A DNA stretch of 64,000 nt from Microthyrium microscopicum (Eukaryota). Location: positions 251,256 to 315,255 of the forward strand of contig MU004245.1 of NCBI GenBank assembly GCA_010405405.1, in the 5' to 3' direction. Position numbers and translations under genes: made by a program. Below the pieces are notes generated by a model. It did no database searches. It was given only the letters and a program-made list of their open reading frames with translations, and was not told where the DNA came from. This document shows, in pieces, positions 1 through 12,157 of the stretch (positions are counted from its first letter, which is position 1; each line of letters starts with the position of its first letter).

Positions 1-2499
1 ACTCGCGGTTCGATATCGTATGGCCAGACCAGGGAATGCAAAGTGAATCGAGAGCCGGGGTTGATGCTTTGACCTATGGCCTTGCGACACTTGTCAAAGC
101 ACAAGAAATCTTTGGAGAAGCCGCCTTTCAACATGGTCGGCGAGGCAAAAAGAAGAACAACAACTCGGCCCTTCTTCCTTCCAATCCATATCCTCTTCGG
201 CGTAGGCGACTCGGCAACTATTATGCATCATACACCAAAAAGTTCTCGCTCGGAAATGGACCCGCTGACTGCGTGCGAGAATATCTCATCACTAAAGAGG
301 GCGGTAAGATGCTTGGAACGCTGGTCGCCCTAGCAGTCGCCCGTATGCAGAACTTGGAAGCTTTTGTTTGGGATATGCCCACTGGCGTGTTGCGGGATGT
401 TTGGTTGGCACTCTCATCGTTAGGGGATACTGAAGACGAAGACGAGTGCCGTCTAGAGAAAGTTTGGGTTCGATGGCACAACAATTGGCAAACTGACATA
501 TCTGACGGCCCTCCACCACCGCCTCCGCCGAATGTGCCGCCGCCAAACCTGGGTGCGAATGCGAATCACAACAGCAATAATGCGACGATCGCACCGATCT
601 CTGCGGATCTGGCAGCACTGCCACTGATAGACCGAGTCGAGTACCCCTCTTTCTCCGTTCTTCCGGCTTTGAAAAGCTTGACTGTGTTGGAGATAGACGA
701 GTTGGCATACCTTGATGAGATGAGTATACTCATTGCTAGATCGCAACATCGCCTCAAGGAACTTCGAATCGGAATTGCTCGACATGCTAGAAACATGGAC
801 TGGACCGGTAATTGGCAAGGGGATGCTTATTATCAAGTCGATCATCGAACCACTTGGACCATAGCAAGCAATGTTGGCGACAAAAGACTCGAGGGTGTTT
901 TGGGTGTGCTCGTTGGCCGGATACATAATTTGCGAAACAATGCCGAAAGCTCTAGAACGGAATTCGGTAGAGAGTTCATCGCAAAAGTGCTCGAACAACA
1001 GCATGTGTCGGAGGAAGTGAGAATGTCTCAGGATCAATCCGACGAGGCCACAACTAGTCCTGAAACAACTGCTGGAGCTCCTCACGAAGAAGATGCACAC
1101 CGAATTGGAGAATCATACGTACCGGAATTCAACGCTACCTCACGAGGAAGCGTAATGAGCTCATCTCCACCGGACAACGAGTCACGCGAAAATCTTGCAC
1201 TTTCCAGTCCCGTAGCGACTTCTCCTGGACAATCTTCTCACTCACTTCCGACTCCCACTTTACATACTACAAACAAGGTAATACCCCTTCGACCTGCTCG
1301 GCCGCTCAGATCGGAAGCCAAAAAGACAGATAAAGACGGTCCGTTCCTGAATGGATGTTTGAAGCTGGAAACTCTCGAACTTGAGCGTGTTCCGCTATCT
1401 CTACCTGTCTTTCGCCAAGCGTTCGATTTCACCACCATCACAAATCTGACTCTCATTAATTGTGTTGGTCATGAGAGGTTATGGAAACAACTTCGTAGCC
1501 GATATGGTCCAATTGGCCGCCGAGGCTCCATGTCATATCGCATGTCTGCTCATGGCTATTTGAACTTGAAGAAGATTCATACAGACACGGTTTCGTCTCA
1601 GTTTCTTCACTTTGTGAAGGAGACCTTGAGACCAAATACTCTTGAAACACTGTTTTTACAAGATCGCTGGGGCTCCCCAGTGAGCGTAGGATCAATCTTC
1701 AAATACGCCGTTCGAAGACACCGAGCTTCTCTGAAGCGACTATTGATTGACAGCAGTCACCTTGAAGACCTTTTCACCGAGGGTAATTCTCGATGGCGCA
1801 AATGGCGATTGTCAAGAAAGATGGTTGCATATCTCACCAGTGGCAGAATGAGTAGTCTTCGAGAGTTGGCTGTGAGCATTGAATACGCCGATTGGGTAAG
1901 TATCTTTTGAACAGAACACAGAAGTATTATCTAACCTTCAGTAGCACATTTTTCTGCAACGCCTTCCTCGCGTCCACCAACTTCGTTCTTTGTTTATCCC
2001 ACACATCGCCGATCATCCACAAGTTGGCCTCGACACCCACGATCTCGCCATGCAAATAGTCGACATTGTCACCCTCCGTCCAGAGATAGAACTCTGCTAC
2101 ATGGGCTTAGGTACTAAATGCTTCGAAATTCTTGAGAATCGCCCACTACCATCTCCAAGCCCCACCGGAACTGATTACAGCCTTGCTTCATCGGGCGTGG
2201 CTTCATCCGGTCGCACACATCATGACTCAGATGGATCCGATGATGAAGACCGCGGAACGTTGAGCGATGACGATGCCACCGATGATGATGCAACATTTGA
2301 TGACGCCTCGGAGGCAAGTGATGAACTCGACGAGGACGCCGCACTGGACGATGACGATGGTGCCAGTCTTTCAGACTCTGACGATGAATGGGAATCTACA
2401 CGACGTGGCAAGCGCAAGGCCTCGCCAAAACTACGACTCCAGGAGATTCTGTTTTACGACAAGATTGCCATTTTCAAAGCTCGCTACGGCCGGCTTTGA
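1..2499 (+). CDS. LRR/RNI-like fungal protein, probably F-box family; 5' end outside window; intron 1896-1944
   Basis: Long ORF 36-1910 joins the 1990-2499 frame via GTAAGT(1896)...CTAAC...TAG(1944), giving ...EYADW|HIFLQRLP.... LRR-like LxxL segments (LKSLTVLEI, LETLELERV, LETLFL, LKRLLI) and an acidic C-terminal insert. The F-box itself is not visible. Confidence 0.6.
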
Positions 2500-2880
2500 A
2501 ATCCGTTGTGAATAGTTCCAATTTACCCCTTTCTTGTTCCTGGTTATTTGAATCCTATATTTTGTATTGAGCGAACTGTCTGTCATCCTTTCTTGTTGTA
2601 TTCTGCAGGGTGCATAGGCTGCTTGGGCAATAACGACTATAACGGCTGAACGGTATACTCTTTTGATGGGATTGTCATAGCGATGGACGCTTTCGGGCGA
2701 TATAATTACTGCGTAGATGATTGATTTTAGAATGTCAGTCGAATGAATTGAATGAACAAGAACTCGCCAACGCATTTGAAGCGAAATAAAGTACTCTGTA
2801 GGAAATCCTAGTAGATGGTAGACATCGCACTCTTTGGTAGAAGTTGTCCTTTTCTTGAAGCTGTTGCGCCTCAAGTGGTT

Positions 2881-3075
2881 GACAAAATAAAGGGCGCGCT
2901 CCCAGCGAGTGCGATGGCTCCCATAAAAGACGATCTGGTATCGAGTGCTTTATTTACCATCGAGCGCGTTCAGACTTGGGCATTTTATTGAATGCGATGG
3001 GAAACATAGCACCTTTTAATCAACAGCGTTGGTGGGAGCCATCGACGCTGATGGGAGAACGCCAGCTATTTTGTC
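2881..3075. mobile_element. MITE-like hairpin element, copy A (inverted relative to copy B)
   Basis: Terminal inverted repeats GACAAAATA/TATTTTGTC and inner CGATGGCTCCCA/TGGGAGCCATCG. Reverse complement aligns along its length with 11069-11281, including AAATAAAGCACTCGATA. Confidence 0.7.
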
Positions 3076-3210
3076 CATCGATTGAGCCTCCTCATATGCA
3101 AGATTTCAGACCGATCTAACCACCAAAACTTCTCCCCCCACCTTTTTTTCTTCCACAAAACCACCCAAAATCCATCCACACTTCCAAATCCCACAAATTG
3201 AATCGCCATA

Positions 3211-3825
3211 ATGCCAAAATCACTATCCAAAGTCCAAAAACACATCACCAAAAAGAAGGGCAAAATCACCCACCTACACGCAAACTCCCGCGATGCCCAA
3301 TCCCTCCTCCGCGCCGGCGCCCGCGACGCCTCCGTCAGCAAATCAGAAATTCTACGCCGTCGCGTAAACAAACCTCTCGTCGAGCGTGTACAATTCTTTC
3401 AGACTGCGCTATTTCCTCCTCCGCCAGAACAAATTACTACCAACGATGCCATGGACACACAAACCGAGAATGACGCAAATGTGCAGGCGAAGGGAAATAG
3501 CGGACCCTTGGATGTGGAAGCTACACAAGCACTGATCGTCAAGTTTTTGGCACGTCATGATGAGGAGCGCGCTGAGTTGGCGGCCACACGGAGAACTGGA
3601 CGACCTGCTGGTGCACGGGAAGATGCGTTGGCGAGCAATGGCAAGGCGGAGAGGGCGGAGTATGATGCGGGGTTTTGGGTGCCGGATTTGGGCGATGAGA
3701 AGAATCTTGTTGCGCTGGAGGAGTGGAATGGACGGTGGATTGGGTTGAATATTGTCAAGTTTGTGCGGGTGTCGAGAGGGGGTGTGGTTAGTGCCAGTAA
3801 ATGGCCACCGAATGCGCAATCGTGA
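3211..3825 (+). CDS. TMA16: Translation machinery-associated protein 16 (pre-60S factor)
   Basis: 204-aa intronless ORF with MPKSLSKVQKHITKKKG, LHANSRDA, RRTGRP and GFWVPDL motifs typical of Tma16. Confidence 0.85.
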   Translation: MPKSLSKVQKHITKKKGKITHLHANSRDAQSLLRAGARDASVSKSEILRRRVNKPLVERVQFFQTALFPPPPEQITTNDAMDTQTENDANVQAKGNSGPLDVEATQALIVKFLARHDEERAELAATRRTGRPAGAREDALASNGKAERAEYDAGFWVPDLGDEKNLVALEEWNGRWIGLNIVKFVRVSRGGVVSASKWPPNAQS

Positions 3826-4035
3826 TGAGCGTTTGGGGTTCCAAAAGACACGAGATATCACGAAACGGACAGGTTATAATTGATGCGGTAATTGATTTCG
3901 TGGGTATATACATAGGTCTCGGGAGGTAAGTGTCTCATATTATCATGATGAAAAGCAAACAACTAATCGTCTAAGCCAGGTCAAGCCAATTTGGCATCAA
4001 TGCGTACCTTTCACGACAATATTTGCAAGCGCTTC

Positions 4036-6664
4036 TTATGGATAGCTTCCACGTGGATATTCTCCTGGAACATGCAGATTGCTGACCGACTGATCTGTGT
4101 TGTTGCGGACCATTCCTCGTGAAGGCAGTTGTTCAACTACAGGTGCTTGGGTGTGCGATACACTGTCCGTTTGGCCAGGAACACCTGTACTCTGGTCATC
4201 GTGGATTGCTGATCCTGCAGAAGGCGCAGCTATTACACTCGCTGGTAGTGCTCTGCTTCGTAGCGGGTCGCTGGCATGGTCATGGGTAGCAGTAACCGCG
4301 GCAAAGTATGCCTTATCAGGAGCTGAAGTAGTGTTTGAATCAAATGCACCACTGGGATGCTCCGTTAGCCCAGGACTTGTTGTCAAGTATTCTGCCTGGT
4401 GAGCCTGTAGTAGAGGATTTTCGACTGGTGGCGGTGTCTCGTGAGATGGCCCTTTGTGCGAAGCATGCCATGAAGCACCAGCAGCAGGGCGCTGAGAAAC
4501 ATAGCTCTGATCCACCGAGCGGAGCTGGGCAACGCCAGCCGCGCTATCCCCATAGCCACTATCGCCATCAATATGACGCAGATCTGAATTTCTCAAGGGG
4601 ACGTCTCTTTCTGTACCCAGGAATTTCATTTCTTCGGGTTCCGATCCGTCACTAGAAGGTGTAAGACGCTGGTGTAAGCGATCTTGGCTCAATTGAACGT
4701 CGCTAGGAAATCGCCCACCTTGTGGACGGTCCGAGTTTGAGATCTGACCAGCTTTGGGAAGTGCATCGCCGTTTGCGCCGCTCATTAGCAAAGTGTTGGC
4801 ACTGAAGGGAATTTGATCTGCTTCATCGTCATCGAAGCTACTGACGCTCTTTGTGCTTTGGTTGCTGAAGCTTCTAGTATGGCGTCGCACAAAGTCATTA
4901 CGCTCTTCGCCCGTTTTTTCAGTGAGGGATTTGATGTCGTCGTACCATGCCAGCATCGTGTCGTATGATTCAGCTCGGAAAACCCAGCTATGTCCTCTAT
5001 GCATTCCGCCGGTCTGCCGACCCTTCAATATGAACTTATGAGAGCTTGAATCTGGTTGACTATGTGCTCCGAGTTTCTGGTCCAACAAGTACAATGACAT
5101 TATTGGTTGCTGTGTATAGACAGAGTCCGCTGATTTGAACTCATGAAGATGTGTCGGAGACAACACAAACCTATTTCTTGTCAGATCTGCTGGTATAAGG
5201 ACAGGAAAAACCTACCAGCCTGGTGTATAACTTTTCAGATATTTGCTCTTTCGCTCTAGCATCCCGGCCCGAACTTCTGCAGATGCTGGATGATATTTCC
5301 CTGGGTATTCCAGATCTTGAGCGCGTCGAAGAGGAGTATCGGGATTGATGAAATGTGGGTCTTTTAAAATGAAGTCTACCCACTCTGCATCCTTAGGTAG
5401 GCTGAGCGGACCGTTTTGCAATCGATCAACTGTTTCATAAGCTTCGTCTGCCTCCTTCTTGAGAATAGTAGCAAATGCTCGATGGGCTTTCTGAATCTCG
5501 CCGACAACGATAGCTTCAAGTTCACGACCTGAGCCTTCAATATTTAGATATGCCTAATCGAGTCAGAAAGTCCATAGGCATGTAAGTAAAGGTTAACTCA
5601 CCCGGTGGAGATAGTTCTCTTCGTCAACCAATCGTTCAACTTGTCTATCCACTGATAATCGAATGATATAGGGATCGTCTTTGCCAGCCATGACCTTGGC
5701 TTCTGTGTCAACGGCGGCCAAGGATTCTTGCAAAGTGCTGACCACTTTTTTGGTGTGCTCCTTCTCTTTCTCAATGGAATTCTTGAAGTCACCAGAAAGA
5801 GACTTGATTTCTTTAATCTTTGATTGTAAATCAGCTCGGAGGCTGTTGAGCTGAGATATAACATCACGATCAATCTCCTTGGCCTTGAGGTTTTCAGCAA
5901 CAGCTTGTTTGTGAAATTGTTGCCATATCTCATGGGCATCGCCTATTCCACCAGCAGGAAGAAATCCAACCGGCATTGCTAGGCTGTTGACCGTGTGCGA
6001 TATTTTGGTAGCAGTTTTGGCTCGTGCTTCGTATGTCGATTGAACCTCGCGGAAGTACATGATGAGATCTTTCAGTACTTTTCTCCACCCTGGACAATTA
6101 TTAGCGAATATGTGGGAGATGAGAGGTATCCCAAGTACCTTGAAATCTGGCAGCCAGGATATCCGTCGGTGAGCCTGTGGTGGGCACCGGCGTAAAGAAG
6201 ACACTCCTATTGTCGTCTCCACTTGTATCGTCATACGTGACTCCTCCGATGCTACCTGCTCGTACACTTCTCTTGCTACTACTCCTCTTCAGGCTTGACT
6301 TCCTGCTCAAGCTCTTCTTTTTCTTCAGCGTATTGTTCCTGCTAACACCACTGACACCAGAAACATTCGACGCAACTGATGCGCGCGATGTCGATCGCAT
6401 AATCGATGGATCTTCGGATTCTTCTTTATGCGACATTCTTGAGATTCTCTCAGCAAGAGTAACTTCGTCTTGTATGGGTCCTCTGGAGTCGCCTCGTTGC
6501 ATGTCAAAACTTTGCGCGAGGGGACTTGTCGGGGCAGGCTTGCTCGATAGATTGGAGTAGTCTGCGTTTAGCGCGTCCTCGTTTAGAGCTAAGCTATTGC
6601 TTCGGCCTATGTTGGAGGAAGCAAGGCGAGTCGAGGGGTCGTAACTGCTGTGAGAATGCATCAT
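4036..6664 (-). CDS. SLM1: Slm1-like BAR-PH phosphoinositide-binding protein (multi-exon)
   Basis: Spliced ORFs: TPVPTTGSPTDILAARFQ|GWRKVLKDL (intron 6090-6138), a coiled-coil BAR region, then a PH domain (VRAGMLERKSKYLKSYTPGW...LSPTHLHEFKS...WVFRAESYDTMLAWY). Confidence 0.85.
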
Positions 6665-7435
6665 TCCAGCCTTTCCGGCGAGGGTGAATGTATGATGGGG
6701 ATCGTCTCAGGGTAACATGTGAGGATGCTCAGCTCAGATCTGTAAGCTGTTGCAGCAACGGACGTAGTCAGCTAGAGCTTTCGCACTCTTGTAACTTGCT
6801 GGGTTGGTGTGGATTTCGATGTAGAAATTGTATAAATGGTGAAAGGGATAATCACAAGCCTTTCCAGCAGGATTTGTAGATTGTGAGGATTCCCCTCAGT
6901 TTTGACAGTTGACGCTCGTGTAAACGCGTTCACGCCTGGTGACGTAGCCAGCCTTCCCAGTCGCTTCCGAGCCGAGCCAACACCATTGATCAAATCTCCA
7001 GCTGCGGATGGTCGATGCCGAATCATCCACTCCAACAGGGAGCCGTTTTGCCATGTCTTGTACACCTACACTAGCGACTGTCACCGCTGTTACCTGCCAC
7101 TACTACCGCTGGGCAATGTATGATGCTAACCCGCCACTTGTGTTCTCATCATTGCCGTCTGCACCGCCCACTCGCCCGACGATGTTTGGTTGGAAGATAA
7201 ACATTTGAAGTAGGGTAATTTGGCCACCCGCTGCAATTCCCAGTATTTCGGATAGCGTACGGTATACGGTAGCATTCTATAACCACTCATCCTAGAGAAT
7301 ATCTTCTCGGTTGTGCGTCCGAGTTACCGATCTACAGTGAACGACTTTAAGCACTTGAACCCTGCCGTGTTTCCGAAAGCACGCATCATTCAGCAGACCA
7401 TGTTGTCGAATGTCGATATCATATATCAGGAGGTA

Positions 7436-8311
7436 TTATTTGTTTACTACAAGGTTCTCAAACAACGAATCTAATTTGCGCTGCAACTGCGAGGCTTCCT
7501 GTTCCACGTTCTTGACTTTCTGCACAGCTTGGTCTGTATCTTGTGGCAAGCCTTGATACGCTTGAACCTTCGAAGCTAGCAATGCAATTTGGTCCTCCAA
7601 TTGAACAATTTCCTCCTCCTTGGCGACAAGATCGTGAACATTAGTCGCATCCGACTCTTTCTGGTTCGATTGTGCGCTAGCCAAGCGGTCCGAGTATTCG
7701 CCTAGTTTGGCGCGTAGCTGCTTGGTGTTGCGGCTCCACTCAAGTGTCTGTCGTTGCAACGACAAAGGTGGTTGAAAAGCCGGCGATCGTAGCTCTTGAA
7801 GCTTGGCTCGCAGCGAAGTGAGCTCAGCCTCGAGAGTCTTTTGTAGTTGTGTGAGATGGATCAACTGTTGGCTAAGAATTTGTGATGTTTGGGTGCGATC
7901 GCACAGCGTTTCCGCGATGGAGTAGGTGTCTGTCTTGGGCGCGTCCAACTTCGTTGCGACGTCTGCCAGCACTTCCAACGCTTCTTTTCCATCAATGTCC
8001 AAAGCACTTTCAACTGCACTCATCATGGTTGCGTCTTGTTCTTTGCTGGCTTTGGCTTCGTTGAGGGCTTCTCGCTGGACATTCCATAACAAATCGCGTT
8101 CTTCATCCGCCTTTTCGTTTGCGGAAGAAAGGGCTAAAAGAGCCTTTAGAGTGTCTTCGTTGCGCTCAAATTGAGGTACGCTGCGGCCTTGATATTTGGC
8201 GGAGAGCCAGGAGTCGACCTGGTGCCATTCTTGCGCCTGTGCCCTCACCTGAGCAGCTTTGGAGGGAGAGAACAACGCCGTTGGCAACAGATCTAGAGAA
8301 CCAGATTCCAT
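7436..8311 (-). CDS. Coiled-coil protein resembling HAUS/augmin subunit 1
   Basis: 291-aa intronless ORF. N-terminal WLSAKYQGRSVPQFERNEDTLKALLAL and C-terminal YQGLPQD resemble the HAUS1 family; heptad coiled coil. Confidence 0.6.
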   Translation of the reverse strand: MESGSLDLLPTALFSPSKAAQVRAQAQEWHQVDSWLSAKYQGRSVPQFERNEDTLKALLALSSANEKADEERDLLWNVQREALNEAKASKEQDATMMSAVESALDIDGKEALEVLADVATKLDAPKTDTYSIAETLCDRTQTSQILSQQLIHLTQLQKTLEAELTSLRAKLQELRSPAFQPPLSLQRQTLEWSRNTKQLRAKLGEYSDRLASAQSNQKESDATNVHDLVAKEEEIVQLEDQIALLASKVQAYQGLPQDTDQAVQKVKNVEQEASQLQRKLDSLFENLVVNK

Positions 8312-8785
8312 GGTTTAGGTGTTTTCTTCATGCGAACTGCGGTTGTAAAGCAATGGCATGCTAGATGAAAAGACGATGGGATGAGTTGATCAATGTGGGG
8401 GATCTGCAAGTTTTGATGCAGGGGCACATCGATTTTATGTCGCACATGAACACCAACGGGTCTACCTGTCGTGCCTGTTAATAATGGCTCACTCCCATCA
8501 GGTGCGATGGCTACCATCTGCTACGTTCTACTACCAGGTACTTTATTTCCCTTTGCTTGCGCTGGGAACTGAAGCAAATTTTTCTCATAAAGCTCAACGT
8601 GGAATCGCCTTCAGCAATGGTGTTCTTACCGATGGGTATGGGTAATGAGTGTAAACGTATGTCCTCCTGCTTTCGTTTCCAGTAAGTATTGATTCTCTTT
8701 CTACTTTCCTTGTAAGATGTGGTCGACATGTATCCTCCCATTCTCGTGTCTAATGATTCTTAGTTTCATTAAGAACCCTTCTGAA

Positions 8786-11557
8786 CTACCCGTAGTATCT
8801 CCTCCCAGCCATTAGTTCTCTTATTTTCTCCCTTTTAGCCGTATCAAAGCTGTTGCTAATCGACCTACGTGCTTTCTCCTCTAGCAACGTCCATGGCGCT
8901 ATTATGTCTCCCTCCGGACCCATAAAAATCAACTTCTCCCGCCAGGGAATCTTGCTTTTCTGAGGGACGAAGTAGCAACACGGTGCTCGAAGATTTGGAT
9001 TGGCACCATGCTGCAGTAAAAGAGCGACAGCAACAACGTTCTCAGACAAGACTGCAAGTTGTAGTGGCGTTCCATACCGCGTTGGATGATCAACACCAAA
9101 TTTCATTACCCCTGATCTCTGTTGGTTTGGGTCAGCGGCTCCTTTTTCCAGTAGCAAAACTGCCACATCGCGGTTCCAATTAATGGGAAATATAGTGTTG
9201 AGCAATGAAAAGTCTTTAGAAGCAGTGACTCCATGACTGGTGATGAGAGACTCTAGTCGTTTGAGGCGGGTGGCCGGCAGGAACTCAGTGTATGATATGA
9301 ACACCTCTAATATGCTTGGAACGCGACTCTCATGTTCACGATCAAGGCATCTGTACTTTGCCTCAAAGCTTGCTCCTAATATCCATTAGCATAAGTAAAG
9401 ACTACATGCGTTACGAAGGAGGATGTCAAGCTAAGAGACTTGCTAAAGATAACACAATCTTTGGTTTGTGACGACATTCGCACTTTATGGCAGCCATCAT
9501 GTTTCTTGGTAGTATCTGAAGGTGCTCAGACACGAACAGTTCTTACCTTTAGAGACGAGGAATTGCATTTGCTCTTCCCATTCGTTGTGATTGAGATCAG
9601 AAAATATCGTCTCTAAAAGAGCGGATGTCTTGCCATCAAGAAGCCGGTTTGTGGTCGACGTGATATTGATATTGGCGCCTTTGGCTACTAACCATTTCAA
9701 CCAATTCAAGTCTCCGGAGTTCGCAGCCACGACAATGGCAAAGGTCATTGATGTTTTTGTACTCGGGAGTCCTCTTGTGGCACGTGTGAGGGCAGGTTGT
9801 ATCTTGACGTTAATGTCGCCGCCGTAGAGAGTGTATTGTTTGAGCCAATCCTCTAAATTGCGTCGCTCATAATAGATCTCCGCACGCAGAACTAAAACAG
9901 GAGGTCGCTTAGCAGAATCGAGGTAACACTGGGTCATGTTCGGAGCGCCCATAGGCTTCAAACCATATTCGGCAATCATGGCAAGATCCGACTCCGATAG
10001 TTCAGTGAACAATTTACTCGCGTTACTCCCGGTTACAGGTTCAAGCTTCTGGTCACTGCCCCCCGGATGTATGGGAAGTATCGAGGTTCTAAGCGCAATC
10101 GGTGCTTGCTTATGTACTCGTTCAGCGTTACTTTTCGGTAGTAACACGGCGCTTCTGGTGATGCGCTTGGCTTCCTTACCCAGTGTGACCTTTGTCTCGA
10201 TAGCGTGCACTGAGGGTTTTGACTGCAAGGACAGCGACTCGGCTTGGTTATGCTCGCTAGGTTCCGGTATCAAATCCTGATTCGCTACCTGCCTAGGAAC
10301 ATCACTCTCTTTGATTTTCGGTGGCGGTGTAGGCGCTCTCTGATTATGAATGCTCTCGTCAGAACTACGTCTACGTGCTATCGAATTGGCGTTTTCCAGA
10401 TGTCCTGGCAAATATCGCCTCGATGTTGAAGGGGTTTCTTCATGTGATGAGGAGCTATCCTGTTCAGGCACGTCTCGATCGGAATATGTTTGAGATAACC
10501 TGTCCTCTTCATACTGCAGTACTGTTTCTCGCTCAACAACCGTCTCAGTGTATGTAGTAAGATTCTCGAGGAATCTATTAAGCACGTAATTGCGATTTTC
10601 ATTTTCAGCAGACTGCTCCTTTGTAAGCATGGCCTGCAACTTGAAGACGACTTCCAGGATTTGTTCGGTGTCAAGTTTCACGTTGTCAACGTTCCCGATT
10701 AGCTGTGTAGTTTTGTCCAATATATGGCCAGTGTCCTGTTTGATTTGCTTGGTGACTGCCCAGGACATGACATCGACTGAGAGCTGAAGGGCTCGTTTGT
10801 GGGTTTCCAGCTGATCTCTGGCCTTGTTTATTTCAGGCTTTCCAAATTCTGCCCATTTGATTTGCTTTCCTAGAGAACGTTTCGTCATAGAGTCGTACTT
10901 TTCTAGGGTCTTCTCTATCTGTTGAATGGCTTCTGAGCAGCACTCTAGAATACCAATAACCTGAGACTCATCAGTACAGGTTTTACAATTGTGGGAAATA
11001 AAGCTCTATAGCTAAGTAGTATGAGAGCCATCGAATTCGAGGCCGTCCACAGGTTTCGAAGTGCTTGACAACGGCACGGCAAAATAAATGGCGTACTCCC
11101 ATCAGCTCTAATGGCTACCACCAGCGCTGCTAACCATAAGGTGCTTTAATCCCCATCGTATCTGGTAAATATTCCCAATGCGAACGCCCTTTATGGCAAA
11201 TAAAGCACTCGATAACAGACCGTAGCGTCTGGGCGCCATCAGAGTTGATGGGAGTATGCCATTTATTTTGCCATGCCGTTGCTTAACTGCATGGGATATC
11301 GGGAAGAAGCAAAACATAGGAAATCTCACCTGCTCTCCTACTTGGGCAGGAAGAGAAAGACTGCCATCAGCATCTTCCTTGATATCATCACGAAGAAGCT
11401 CTAGAGTCCGCTTGATTTGTGAAAGTTCAAGCTCAACCGCGTCGAGATCTGCTCGTGAATCCCGAACAGAGCGTATGAACTTGTAGATTGTTTGAGACGT
11501 GGATGCAATAAGCTGTATGGCAGTGATAGAGCCTTTGGTAATCGTTATCGGGTCCAT
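8786..11557 (-). CDS. Fungal STAND N-terminal (HeLo-like) domain + disordered linker + ankyrin-repeat protein (multi-exon)
   Basis: MDPITITKGSITAIQLIAS...FIRSVRDSRADLDAVELEL N-terminus; 369-nt intron 10961-11329; ankyrin motifs (LKWLVAKGANIN, LLLEKGAADPN, YGTPLQLAV...LLLQHGANPN). Internal exon boundaries near 9300-9550 not fully resolved. Confidence 0.7.
11069..11281. mobile_element. MITE-like hairpin element, copy B (213 bp, intronic)
   Basis: 47-bp terminal inverted repeats (11069-11115 / 11235-11281) with 4 transition mismatches; non-coding; lies inside the 369-nt intron; homologous to 2881-3075. Confidence 0.8.
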
Positions 11558-12157
11558 TTGTCACCTCGTGCTGCCCGCGTTGTGTTGCATGTCGGAGGTT
11601 TGTTTTGCGCATTCGGCTGAGGAAGACGAGGAGCTGGTCTGGTCGAAGTTGAGATGTGGAGGCGCAGCGGAGGCACGAGTTCTGTCCAATAGCATGAAGA
11701 CGTTGTCTTTTCCATATAATTCGCTGTCAATTATCGCGGGTTTATAAGATGCAAGTTTCTACGAAAGAATTATTGAAAAGAAAGCCTTGAGAACGGTGTT
11801 CCTTTGAAATGTAATTTCCTGGGTAACTGAGGATGAGCCTTGAAATATGATCACGTCCTTACTTCAACTCAGCAGCTGTCTGCAAGGCTTAGGAACTCTG
11901 ATGAATGCTTCGACAAGACAGTAATAATATGCCTCAATGGTGGTAACAACAAGGAGCAGAACAAGTGGCGTGCTTGCATAGAAATTCGACAACGATTTCA
12001 ATATATAAGTTGTGATATACATCGAAGGCCAATCTAAGAAGGAAGCAAATATATAATGCAGAGAATTCACAACAGCTTGCCTATCGGTAATATCAACCTG
12101 CCGGTAGTAATTTCTAGCTGTAAGATTAATGCAATAACTTAGGACAAACTCATCATG

